Positions 44,732-62,573 of a stretch of 64,000 bases of DNA are shown piece after piece. Position numbers and translations under genes: made by a program. The notes below the pieces were generated by a model that saw only the letters and a program-made list of their open reading frames with translations, was not told the origin of the DNA and did no database searches. Origin of the DNA: the human T2T-CHM13v2.0 reference genome, Homo sapiens; the NCBI RefSeq assembly GCF_009914755.1, contig NC_060927.1; one strand, written 5' to 3'. Numbering within the stretch: the stretch's first letter is position 1; every line of letters starts with the position of its first letter.

Positions 44732-47111
44732 GACAGACACCTCATACAGGAGATCTCCAGCTGGCATCAGGCTGGTGCCCCTCTGGGACAAAGCCTCCAG
44801 AGGAAGGAGCAGGCAGCAATCTTTGCTGTTCCGCAGCATCCACTGGTGATACCCAGGCAAATAGGAACTGGAGTGGACCTCCAGAAAACTGCAGCAGACC
44901 TGCAGAAGAGGGTCCTGACTGTTAGAAGAAAAACTAACAAACAGAAAGCAGTAACATCAACATCAACACAAAGGACCCCCATACAAAACCACATCCAAAG
45001 GTCATCAGCCTCAAAGATCAAAGGTAGATAAATAAATGAAGATGAGGAAAAACCAGCACAAAAATGCTGAAAATTTAAAAAACCAGAATGCTTCTTCTCT
45101 TCCAAATGATTGTAACTCCTCTCCAGCAAGAGCACAAAATTGGACGGAGAAAGAGTTTGACAAATTGACAGAAGTAGGCTTCAGAAGGTGGGTAATAACA
45201 AACTCCTCTGAGCTAAAGGAGCATGTTCTAACCCAATGTAAGGAAGCTAAGAACCTTGATAAAAGGTTACAGGAACTGCTAACTAGAATAACCAGTTTAG
45301 AGGAGAATATAAATGACCTGATGGAGCTGAAAAACACAGCATGAGAACTCGTGAAGCATACACAAGTATCAGTAGCCGAATCGATCAAGCAGAAGAAAGG
45401 ATATCAGAGACTGAAGATCAACTTACTGAAATAAGGTGTGAAGACAAGATTAGAGAAAAAAGAGTGAAAAGGAATGAACAAAGCCTCCAACAAATATGGT
45501 ACTATGTGAAAAGACCAAACCGGTGATTGATTGGGGTCCCTGAAAGTGATGGGGAGAATGGAACCCAGTTGGAAAACACACTTCAGGATATTATCCAGGA
45601 GAACTTCTCCAACCTAGCAAGACAAGCCACTATTCAAATTCAGGACATACAGAGAACACCACTAAAATACTCCTTGAGAAGAGCAACCCCAAGACACATA
45701 ATTGTCAGATTCTCCAAGGTTGAAACAAAGGAAAAAAATGTTAAGGGCAGCCAGAGAGAAAGGTCAGGTTACCTACAAAGGGAAGTCCATCAGACTAACA
45801 ATGGATATCTCTGCAGAAACCCTACAAGCCAGAAGAGAGTGCGGGCCAATATTTAACATTCTTAAAGAAGAGAATTTTCAACCCAGAATTTCATAACCAG
45901 CCAAATTAAGCTTCATGAGTGAAGGAGAAATAAAATCCTTTACAGACAAGCAAATGCTGAGGGATTCTGTCACCACTAGGCCTGCCTTACAAGAGCTCCT
46001 GAAGGAAGCACTAAATACAGAAAGGAAAAACCAGTACCAGCCACTGCAAAAAAACACCATAATATAAAGACCAACAACACTATGAGGAAACTGCCTCAAC
46101 TAATGTGCAAAATAACTAGCCAGCATCATGATGACAGGATCAAATTCACACTTAACAATATTAACTTTAAATGTAAATGGACTAAATGCCCCAGTTAAAA
46201 GACACAGACTGGCAAATTGGATAAAGAGTCAAGACCCATCAGTGTGCTGTATTCAGGAGTCCCATCTCACATGCAAAGACACACATAGGCTCAAAATAAA
46301 GGGATGGAGGAATATTTACCAAGCAAACGAAGAGCAAAAAAAAAAAAAAAAAAAAAAAAAAGCAGGGGTTGCAATTCTAGTCTCTGATAAAACAGACTTT
46401 AAACCAACAAAGATCAAAAAAGACAAAGACGTTACATAATGGTAAAGGGATCAATGCAACAAGAAGAGCTAACTATCCTAAATATATATGCACCCAATAC
46501 AGGAGCATCCAGATTCATAAAGCAAGTTCTTAGAGATCTACAAAGAGACTTAGACTCTCACACAATAATAGTGGGAGAGTTTAACACCCCACTGTCAATA
46601 TTAGATCAATGAGACAGAAAATTAACAAGGATATTCAGAACTTGAACTCAGCTCTGGACTAAGCGGACCTAATGGACATCTACAGAACTCTCCACCCCAA
46701 ATCAACAGAATATACATTCTTCTCAGCACCATATAGCACTTATTCTAAAATCGACCACATAATTGGAAGTAAGGCACTCCTTAGCAAATGAAAAGAATGG
46801 AAATCAAAACAGTCTCTCAGGCTACAGTGCAATCAAATTAGAACTCAGGATTAAGAAACTCACTCAGAACCACACAACTACAAGGACACTGAACAACCTG
46901 CTCCTGAATGACTACTGGGTAAATAATTAAATTAAGGCAGAAATAAATAAGTTCTTTGAAACCAATGAGAATGAAGACACAACGTACCAGAATCTCTGGG
47001 ACGCAGCTAAAGCAGTGTTGAGAGGGAAATTTGTAGCACCAAATGCCCACATCAGAAAGCAGGAAAGACCTAAAATCAACACCCTAACATCACAATGAAA
47101 AAAACTAGAGA
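44732..47111 (+). mobile_element. Host L1, inverted 5' part (5' UTR remnant, ORF1, ORF2 endonuclease); continues at 53333-53428
   Basis: ORF1 fragments MRKNQHKNAEN..., MIGVPESDGENG and ORF2 start [19 protein letters not shown], all disrupted. Confidence 0.95.
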
Positions 47112-47116
47112 TTCAC

Positions 47117-53319
<6,203 letters not shown>

Positions 53320-53332
53320 AAAAAACTAGAGA

Positions 53333-53428
53333 AGCAAGAGCGAACAAATTCAAAAGCTAGCAGAAGACAAAAAATAACTAAGATCAGAGCAGAAATGAAG
53401 GAGATAGACACACGAAAAACCCTTCAAA
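53333..53428 (+). mobile_element. Remainder of the inverted host-L1 segment
   Basis: Resumes the host ORF2 sequence (agcaagagcgaacaaattcaaaagctagc...acccttcaaa), followed by the TSD copy gagagtgactt at 53435-53445. Confidence 0.92.
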
Positions 53429-53541
53429 GAACCAGAGAGTGACTTTCAATTGAAGGACAGAGCCATACCAAGGTGACCTTACAGGGAAACAGCTGGGAGA
53501 GTAAATACCTAATTTCACTCTTCCCTGTCTCTGATCTACAG

Positions 53542-53592
53542 CCCAGCTAGAAGCCAGGAGGAGCAGACACCCTGCTGATGGAGCCCAACAAG
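53542..53592 (+). CDS. HHLA2: HHLA2 cytoplasmic exon A (51 nt, phase 1-1)
   Basis: ctacag|CC CAG...CAA G|gtcagc; AQLEARRSRHPADGAQQ as recalled for the canonical protein. Confidence 0.92.
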
Positions 53593-54284
53593 GTCAGCCT
53601 CCCATGTCTGAGAGAAGAATGGATTCTGGTTCTGGAGGAGCAGTCAAAAGATATCGGCAAAAACTCTGTCACAGTATTGGCCACTTTAAAAAATAGATAT
53701 ATTCCATACTTCTGCAGTGAGATGGGCTGAAAATATATTTGAAGCTGTTATATGAAAAGCCACAAAACCTTTCCTAGCTCCAGCTCCCTGGTTGTAGTTT
53801 CATGACTGTGGTTCATATGTTTTATTTTTAAATTCCCTTTTCTATTACTGTTTTAAAATGTACTTTGTCTAAGATATGTATTAAAGGGCCATATTTTAGG
53901 AAAGTCCATAAGGAGACCTTCTTTGAGAAATGACATATCCCTTTTTCTTTAACCATCACTCTCATCCCCTCTTTGGCTATGACATTTCCATTGTTAGCAG
54001 TTGGTAGGAACCAGGCCAAGGATCACAAGGAGCCAGGAATTGCTGAGCTGACTGAACTGCCTTTATTCCCCCGCTTTGGAGCACCTGGATCAACCATACA
54101 CATTTACTGCTGCTTCTGATGATGTGTTTTTACACTGAATGCATTTTTCATGTTGTTTGTTAAAGATATGCAGGGAGAGTAACTCAGATGATTCTAATAA
54201 CATGATTATATTGAGATAGGACTAAGGGAGAATTTTGGTGTTTGCAAAGAAATTATTTTTAAGTTCTCTTTTTTTTTCCTGTAG

Positions 54285-54349
54285 AAAGATGTTGTGTCCC
54301 TCCTGGTGAGCGCTGTCCCAGTGCACCCGATAATGGCGAAGAAAATGTG
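54285..54349 (+). CDS. HHLA2: HHLA2 cytoplasmic exon B
   Basis: Poly-T gtag|AA...GTG|gtaagg; ERCCVPPGERCPSAPDNGEENV. Confidence 0.95.
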
Positions 54350-55046
54350 GTAAGGCATTATTTCCTTTATCAAACCATATACAGTATAAAAATGCTTCTT
54401 TAAAAGGGTAATTGAAGTTCTGACTGATTCACATATCATCAAGCAAGACTTTTATACAGAAAAAAACAGCAGCAGGGGTTGCAGGATAATATAGCATGAA
54501 AAATATAATTAGGCTTTTCCCAATGTCTATAATTAAACAGGCTCTACTTGCTTAAATACATGGTTGTTCTTCTTGTCTCCTATTGTTATTTGTAGAGATC
54601 TCCAATGGCATTGTGCATATGAGGGTGAGCCAATGTACTTATTCTTATGATAGAAGCATGAAACATGGGATTGTATGCAAGTGGAAAGAAACACAACTAT
54701 AATTCACTTGCAAATTATAGTTTGATTGTATACTTCCTTTTTACTGCATTCCTTTTAGTATTTATGTGTTCCATTAATCAGAGTATAAATAAGGGCCAGG
54801 AGTGTGGTAAACTTGTTTTTTCCACTGTTAAAAACCATGAAACAGCTAGTAGGGAGATTAAAATTAACTGATAAGACTCAGACTTATTTTATAATGGTCT
54901 CATGGATCTTTAATTTCAGATGCAAGCAATAGACTAAAGCTTTTTGCCGCCCACCCCAAAACACTACTATCAATAAATATTTAAGATATAAATGGTTATT
55001 CTGACTTGAACAACAGACATTTAGAGTCTATTTTTCTTGGTTCTAG

Positions 55047-55067
55047 CCTCTTTCAGGAAAAGTATAG
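55047..55067 (+). CDS. HHLA2: HHLA2 terminal coding exon (PLSGKV*); 3' UTR follows to ~56070
   Basis: ttctag|CCT CTT TCA GGA AAA GTA TAG. Exon sum 64+354+267+318+105+51+65+21 = 1245 nt = 414 aa + stop. Confidence 0.93.
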   Translation, partial: PLSGKV

Positions 55068-55652
55068 GAAATGAGAGAAGACTGTGACAACTCATGACCT
55101 GCATCCTTAATATCCAGTGACTTCATCTCCCCTTTCTTCACCACAATTCCAGGCAATGGCCTGTCGGACCAGACAATTCTACCACTGCAAAGAGTTGTAA
55201 CCATTTTCTGGTATCACATTTATTTTTCAAGACATACTTTTCAAGACATCATTCACTGACCCACTACCTGCATTGAGTATAAATGCCTGGATGTTAAGGA
55301 TTCCAATTTAACTTTGAAAAGAACTGTCTCATTCATTTACATTTCTGTTACAGTCAGCCCAGGAGGTTACAGTGAGCTCTCCACTAAGAATCTGGAAGAA
55401 ATGCATCACTAGGGGTTGATTCCCAATCTGATCAACTGATAATGGGTGAGAGAGCAGGTAAGAGCCAAAGTCACCTTAGTGGAAAGGTTAAAAACCAGAG
55501 CCTGGAAACCAAGATGATTGATTTGACAAGGTATTTTAGTCTAGTTTTATATGAACGGTTGTATCAGGGTAACCAACTCGATTTGGGATGAATCTTAGGG
55601 CACCAAAGACTAAGACAGTATCTTTAAGATTGCTAGGGAAAAGGGCCCTATG

Positions 55653-56112
55653 TGTCAGGCCTCTGAGCCCAAGCCAAGCATCGCATCCCCTGTGATTTGC
55701 ACGTATACATCCAGATGGCCTAAAGTAACTGAAGATCGACAAAAGAAGTAAAAATAGCCTTAACTGATGACATTCCACCATTGTGATTTGTTCCTGCCCC
55801 ACCCTAACTGATCAATGTACTTTGTAATCTCCCCCACCCTTAAGAAGGTACTTTGTAATCTTCCCCACCCTTAAGAAGGTTCTTTGTAATTCTCCCCACC
55901 CTTGAGAATGTACTTTGTGAGATCCACCCTGCCCACAAAACATTGCTCTTAACTTCACCGCCTAACCCAAAACCTATAAGAACTAATGATAATCCATCAC
56001 CCTTCGCTGACTCTCTTTTCGGACTCAGCCCACCTGCACCCAGGTGAAATAAACAGCTTTATTGCTCACACAAAGCCTGTTTGGTGGTCTCTTCACATGG
56101 ATGCACATGAAA
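55653..56112 (+). mobile_element. HERV-H (LTR7) solo LTR in the HHLA2 3' UTR
   Basis: Runs tgtcaggcctctgagcccaagc...catgaaa with a perfect 5-bp TSD ctatg (55648-55652 / 56113-56117). Contains U3 tandem ~31-bp repeats and a TATA-like cctataag. Confidence 0.96.
56048..56053 (+). terminator. HHLA2: HHLA2 poly(A) signal AATAAA within the LTR7 R region
   Basis: AATAAA with downstream GT-rich tgtttggtggtct. HHLA2 (HERV-H LTR-associating 2) is known to polyadenylate in this LTR. Confidence 0.9.
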
Positions 56113-56576
56113 CTATGAACATAAGAATCTCTGAAGTTAGGTTACACTTGACCACACAAGGCTTGCATAGTTGAGTGACTAGCCATGAAGATAATTTAAA
56201 CAACTCTTCTGGCTCAATTGGCATATTGCTAATCAATCTTCTAATAAATTTAGATTTTCATATAAATTTTTAAGCAAGAGAAGGGAGAACTCAGCTAACC
56301 TAATCTGTTTCCCTTAATTTTAGTCATCAATTTACATAAAAGAAACAGTCTAATGTTAATGCTTGTGAACTTGTCACTATAACCAGGCTTTTGTGTGACT
56401 TAGTAGATCAAGGTTTCAACTCTATAAGAGAAAGCAAATTCTGAATTGTGGTGTAACTGCCACCTGGTCCAATTTTATCTGACCTCAGTTTCACAATCCT
56501 CTCCTTGTATGTAGTTAACTCTGTTTTTGCTACAATGTTGTGATGGGTTATCACAAATAGCAAAGTATTAAGAATT

Positions 56577-57255
56577 CCAGTCAGAATGTTAATTATTAAA
56601 AAGTCAAACAATAGATGCTGGCAAGGCTGTGGAGAAACAGGAATGCCTTTACACTCTTGGTGGGAATGTAAATTAGTTCAACCATTGTGGAAGACTGTGT
56701 GGCGATTCCTCAAGGATCTAGAAACAGAAATACCATTTGAACCAGCAATCCCATTACTGGGTATATACCCAAAGGATTATAAATCATTCTACTATAAAGA
56801 CACATGCACATGTATGTTTATTGCACTATTTACAATAGTAAAGACATGGAACCAACCCGAATACCCATCAATGGTAGACTGGATAAAGAAAATGTGATAC
56901 AAACACCATGGAATACTATGCAGCCATGAAAAGGAATGAGATCATGTCCTTTGCATGGACATGGATGAAGCTGGAAGCCATCATTATCAGCAAACTAACA
57001 CAGGAACAGAAAACCAAACCACATGTTCTCACTCATAAGTGGGAGCTGAACAAGGAGAACACATGGACACAGGGAGGGGAACAACACACACCAGGGCCTG
57101 TTGCAGGGTGGGGGGCGGGGGAGGGAACCTAGAGGACGGTTCAATAGGTACAGCAAACCACCATGGCACACATATACCTATGTAACAAACCTGCATGTTC
57201 TGCACGTGTATCCCAGAACTTACTTAAAGTAAATTTTTTTTAAAAAAATAAATAT
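56577..57255 (+). mobile_element. 5'-truncated L1PA 3' end
   Basis: ORF2 C-terminal fragment ([21 protein letters not shown]), 3' UTR and A-rich tail. Confidence 0.93.
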
Positions 57256-58117
57256 AACTTAGATATCTTTTAAAAAAATTCCATTGTGAAGAAAAACTCC
57301 ATTGAGATAATATTTGTCTACCATCTCTGCTTCCCCCTAGCCTTGGTTCCTTTTTAAAAATTGTGTCCTAGTGAGAGAACATGATACTTAATAATAAAAC
57401 TGGATGCATCCCCAAGCTGAAGTTTTACTTTACTGAGTATGTGCCTGGGGTGTGGAGAAACACTAGCATCCTAACTTCAGGATTGGTAATATGACAACAG
57501 CAAATTTCTAAGAAAAGGTTTGGGATATAGAGATGTTTCCTGAATATAAACATTGGCTTATTAAAGGATAATTCCAAACATTTTTTACTGAAGTTTTAAA
57601 AAATTACTATTCCAGGAAAAAAAAAAAACCCTAGAAAAGTTCCATGTTAAATGTTTCATGTTGTTTTCTCATTGCGTTAAGACCGATGGTAAGAAGGAGC
57701 GACTGCTTTGGATACAGCCCGACACACATACCTGCTAGTTCACTCTGTGGCTGTGCATCCCTCTCCGCCAACCACAAAACTCAAATTTGGTTCACCTTGC
57801 TCAAAATGGTACCCTGATTTTTCAAGAGCATCCACTTTGATCTGTCTGAGCCAACCCTGACAATTGCAGTCCTCTTGCCACTAGACTGGTTCAGCATAAG
57901 CAGATAAAGAAATCTGCTCACTAGGGTATGAGGAAAATTATTCCAGAGGTCTGTTTCTGGGAAAGTGTTTCTCCATTTTAAGAAGAGACAGGTTATCGTA
58001 TGGGGAGAAAATGCTCAGGACTGCTGAAGTCCTCTTACGGCGACAAGAGATTCCGACAAGAATGAACCTGGGTCCTCTGATACCACTGAGTCCCTGAATT
58101 AATCGTCAAGCTACCCA

Positions 58118-58660
58118 TATGAGTCAGGGTTGGATCAGGGAGGCAGAATCAGAGAATGACAGAATAAAGATTTATTATAGAGCTTCAGCCTTACACAATT
58201 GTGGGTGCTGGTGGAGAAGTCTAGGCCAGGCTGTTCCCTCTGCATCTGGTTCTGGGCCTGAAGTCACTGTAGGTCGACTGTGAATGCAGCAAGGATGAAG
58301 GGAAGTCCATAAGAACAAACAGAACCCATGTCTGTCTCACGGCCTCCACTGCAATGCTGTGTGTGATCTCAGGAAAAGCTGATGCTGGTTGCCATGGAGC
58401 TGCACACACACCTGGCCAGTACTTTGCAAAGCTGAAGGAGGAGGCTGGCAGGAGCTGGAAGAGCTCTGGGTCCAGGGAGCTGTCTCTGGTCTCTTCTAGC
58501 TCCCCTTTTTGGCCTGGAGTCATATTTTCAAGCTGTCACCATGCTTGGGTCTGTACACTGACCTTATGAGTATAAAATAGCTGCTGATCAAATTAATGCA
58601 AATTTCTTTATGACCTACTCCAATCCAGAACCATGAGAGAGAGGAATTCCGGGACATGTT
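58118..58660. mobile_element. Ancient ERVL-type LTR-like element
   Basis: gagtcagggtt...aaagatttattatag...ccttacacaattgtgggtgctgg resembles MLT2/LTR41-class LTR ends. Family uncertain. Confidence 0.5.
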
Positions 58661-59333
58661 CCTCCAGCTGAGCCAAATCGGTACTGCACAAATCCAGCAT
58701 ATTACCTGTCACTGAATGTCTCGTGTGGGGTTACCTCCATGTTTAAAGCATGTACCAGCATATAGCCTACATGTGTGTTGATTAGGAGAGTTTTGCCTAC
58801 ATGTTCAAATTGCCTAACTATAGCTATATTTATATCACAATGCTGAGGAGATCTTATGACTTCCATTCTACCACTGCTGGCTCACAATATACATTCATAG
58901 ATTTAGGGGTGAATCAAGCCAAAGTTGCCTAACTTTAGTAAAAACCATTCACCAACATGCCCTAGTCCCCATGAAGCGTGACTGGTCTAAGGACATCTTC
59001 TATGAGTCCTACCCATTAAGAGGAAATATGGACAAAGGATCAAGTATTTATTCATTTTTTAAACATCAGAATTGAAAAGGTTCTTCCATTTATTTAATCT
59101 GTCATGTGAAGCATTAGAAGGTAGTTTACTTGCATTTGAGGATCAAAAAATCCCCATTAACTGTGGAAGCAATGATATTCCCTTTAATTATTTTTCTAAT
59201 TGCCTTGTTTATATGGTGTGAAAAGCAATTTAAACATGTTTTTAAAAATGTTTCCATGCAACCTAAGTTTTTGGCCATGAAACAGCACCTTCCTTGTACT
59301 TCTCCAGCTGTTGTCCTTTCAAAGCAGGGGATG

Positions 59334-59348
59334 CTATTCTTCTTGAAC
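59334..59348 (-). CDS. MYH15: MYH15 last coding exon (VQEE*), followed by 3' UTR
   Basis: Minus strand tttttcag|GTT CAA GAA GAA TAG; in phase with the upstream exon ending FGKK. Confidence 0.85.
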   Translation of the reverse strand, partial: VQEE

Positions 59349-60271
59349 CTGAAAAACAGAATGTCAGTGTGTTCTGTGAATTTCCTGTGATTTTCACCAG
59401 TGGAACACATGTCCAGAACCAAGCTGAGTCCCTTCCAGAGGTAAGCAGGCCTTAGCCAACTCTTCATTAACTTCAAAGGGAGGCAGGGAATTGAGGCAAT
59501 TATCTGCATTACAGAAAGCAGACCCTGGTAATTCACCCCAAGGGCATGCTCGGTCACTCTCAATTTTCTGCCTGCCTTGTCTTGCCAATGAAGGCAGCGC
59601 CCCCCTTTGCCAACCCCATAAGGAGAAAGATTCTGCAGCCACATCACCAGTTTGCTCCCCAGCCCTGACACAGAATTCTATCAGCAAACCTCTTCCTTGT
59701 GCATATGACAGTTGAGGATTTTTTGGCTTTTCTTCTGTGAAGGGGAAACAATTAGTCATTGCACTGCCAAGGAAGGTTTTCCTATTCCTCTCTGGCCTCT
59801 CAAAAGCAATTTCTACTTCACTCACTCTGTTCTTTGTTGAAAATAACTGTGACAAAGTCGAATGCATGGCATCTGTTTTGAAGGCCCTTCAACCTCCTGC
59901 AGCTGAATGCAATTGCAGCACATGGGAAGCACCTCCCTAAACAAGTCATTACATGGGGTTGCTGGTGGGCTCTGCAGAGAAGACCCTAAATCCAGTGCCA
60001 CAACACTTCTCAAATTGAGGCCAAAGTTCAAACCACTTAATTGCCCCTCTCGCATAGGACTTATCCTTGAGGCAGCTATTCAGGCATCAGTAAAAAATTT
60101 CTGGAGTCTCTCAATGATTCATATTTCTTATATTTAGATCTAAGTATATTCAATATAACCAACTCTTAGGCTCTCCTTCAAAAGAGATGCTTTTGACCTC
60201 CCTTAAGGTAGTATTTATGCATATTATTGGCAACCCTATCAACTTACCTTGCAGGGTTACTAGTCATTCAG

Positions 60272-61118
60272 TTAGGGCCTGGATTCATTTGTATAAAATA
60301 ATCAGGAGTCCATGGAACAAAGATGATTTTAAAAAGCACAGATGGATCGGCTCAAAATTTGGAGTGAACTCTTTCCATAGTAGACACATGTGTGACTTTT
60401 TACCATGTCAATATGGAGTCCAAGAGGGAAGACGTTTAAGATTGAGGCAGTGAAGGAAAACAAATGCAAGAGTCTTGCTTTGTAGTTCTCTGCTTTATAT
60501 TCCTGATTCTGCCCGAAAACACAGAGAAAGAGGGCTGGTGATGCACCACGTTTAAAAAAATAATAATAATAATGAAATGATGGTGCCTAACTATGCCAGA
60601 AGCTATGCTCAGTGATTTCAGGCAATCTATTAGCTAATACCACATTATCCAATCTCCTTTGATTCCTTTCGCCTAAAGCCAGACCTCGTTTAAAAACTGT
60701 GTGTTCCTGGGAAAATTTCAACAAGGAAGCCAAGACTACCTGACCCTACCAAACATTTAGTACATTGTTCTTTGTCACTCTACCAGTAAAATCAGGGCAA
60801 TGGCCTCTACCATTAGATTAGAAGAGCCATTTTGTGGACCAAAGAGACATAGAAAGATCCTTTCTCTGTGTTTTTGGGCAGAATCAGGAATATAAAGCAG
60901 AGAACTACAAAGCAAGACTCTGGTATTTGTTTTCCTTCACTGCCTCAATTTTAAACATCTTCCCTCTTGGACTCCAAATTGATATGGTACAAAGTCACGT
61001 ATGTGTCTACTGTGGAAAGAGTTCACTCTGAATTTTGAGCCGATCCATCTGTGCTTTTTAAAATCAACTTTGTTCCATGGACTCCTGACTACTTTACACT
61101 AATGAATCCAGGCCCTAA
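60272..61118. repeat. Long inverted repeat: 259-bp arms (60272-60530 / 60860-61118), 329-bp spacer
   Basis: Manual alignment of the left arm with the reverse complement of the right arm: 241/259 identical, no gaps. Confidence 0.97.
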
Positions 61119-61383
61119 ATCTTAGATCCTGCAAGTTAACATGGAAGTAAGCATTTGAAAAGTATAAATACAATGTGCATGTCACTCAAATGCTTAGCAT
61201 TTCATCTACCAGGACAAGTATAATTTAGCAAACATGGGAAGATTTTATTGGAACCCTTTGTTCTTATCTTTTAAAAGCTTTTAAGGAGAAAAACAAATTT
61301 CTTGTTATACTGGTCCATGCAATGACATCAGCCCTAAACAAACATGATTAAAGAGTTAGAACAGAGTTGAATATCTGCCATAC

Positions 61384-61518
61384 CTTTTTCCCAAACTCTC
61401 TTGCTTTAATTTTGAGTTTATTGACTTGAGATTCTGCCACCTCTGCCCTTTCCTTCACTTCATTCAACTCATGTTGCTGTTTCTTATACTTGGAAAGGTA
61501 TTGATTGGCTTGTGTTTC
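61384..61518 (-). CDS. MYH15: MYH15 penultimate coding exon (myosin tail)
   Basis: 135 nt with ag|...|gtatg; [45 protein letters not shown], the end of a sarcomeric myosin rod. Confidence 0.95.
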
Positions 61519-62477
61519 CTATAAAAATAAAAAAAAAAAAAAAAAGAAATCTCCATGCCTATATAGTCAGGTGTTTTTTTTTTCTGCTCTGACATGAGAA
61601 AGTTGAATAATGTGAAAAGAATCTAAACTTCTGAGTATTGAATGGGATATCATATTTTGGTATGATATATTAGGATTCAGACTTTCTAGCAGGTATAAGA
61701 TCCATTTTTTTATAACTTTTGTTCCTTGGAAATTCAGAACCTAGTTGGCACTTTTCATCAACTGGATGCAGTAAAGCTCTCACAGACTGAAAATGTGCTA
61801 GAATAACCACAGTTGTCTATTTTGTCATGAGTTTAACATCCTATTCTACCCCTGGGTAGAGGGGGCTTGTCTTTAAAATTATATGGGTCAACAGGTAATT
61901 ATTAGACCTTGGGCTAGAACAGGTAGTGTTTTAGGCCAAATCATTGAAATAATCAAAACCCCTCAAGAGTTAATATTAGGGATAAATCAATATATATGAC
62001 ACTTATCAATTACATTCCCTGTAGTTATAGATACTGACCCAGGGATGGCAAGTACATTTCAATTTATGGTGGTTTTGTCCACAACCATATCCAGGATCAT
62101 CAAGAACAAATACTGTGAACCATGTTTATGTTTACCCAAGGTTTTGGGATGAGGGAGGCCCCAGGGTGACTACCTTGCCCAAAACTGGCCTTCCCTACGT
62201 GACACTCTGCTTTTACCTATCTCATTTCTTGTTGTGTACCTGTTTGGGTGCAACCACAAAGGTAAAGGAGAGAGCTCTGGCTTCCTGGAGGGAAAAGCCA
62301 CGCACATTTTTGCCATGGGTGAGAATTCTAACTTGAGAAAAAAAACTGAGGATGAGCAGACTCTAAGCTGCGCAGGCCCTCTCTGACAAGCTGCTTGCTG
62401 AGCTCAGGGTCACAGATCTCCCTTAATCAAAACAACACTGGGAAATCCATGAGGCTGAAACTTCCCCAGGCACTCAC

Positions 62478-62573
62478 CGCCACCTCGACTTGCTGCTTGT
62501 AATTTTGCACTTTTAGCTGAAGTTTATCCATCTGAGTTTGCATCCTGCTCAGATTCTTCTTGTCTTCCTCTGC
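62478..62573 (-). CDS. MYH15: MYH15 coding exon (myosin tail coiled coil)
   Basis: 96 nt with cag|...|gtgagt; AEEDKKNLSRMQTQMDKLQLKVQNYKQQVEVA, homologous to the EEDRKN...LQLKVK exon of other MYH genes. Confidence 0.95.

Noticed and set aside
55815-55920. ~31-bp repeats resembling a CRISPR-like or novel array
   Set aside because: They are the known U3 tandem repeats of HERV-H LTR7, with no unique spacers, in a eukaryotic context.
59126-59867. 181-aa and 157-aa minus-strand ORFs near the MYH15 last exon
   Set aside because: They run out of frame across the VQEE* exon or lie in intron, show no homology, and start at non-ATG or weak codons.
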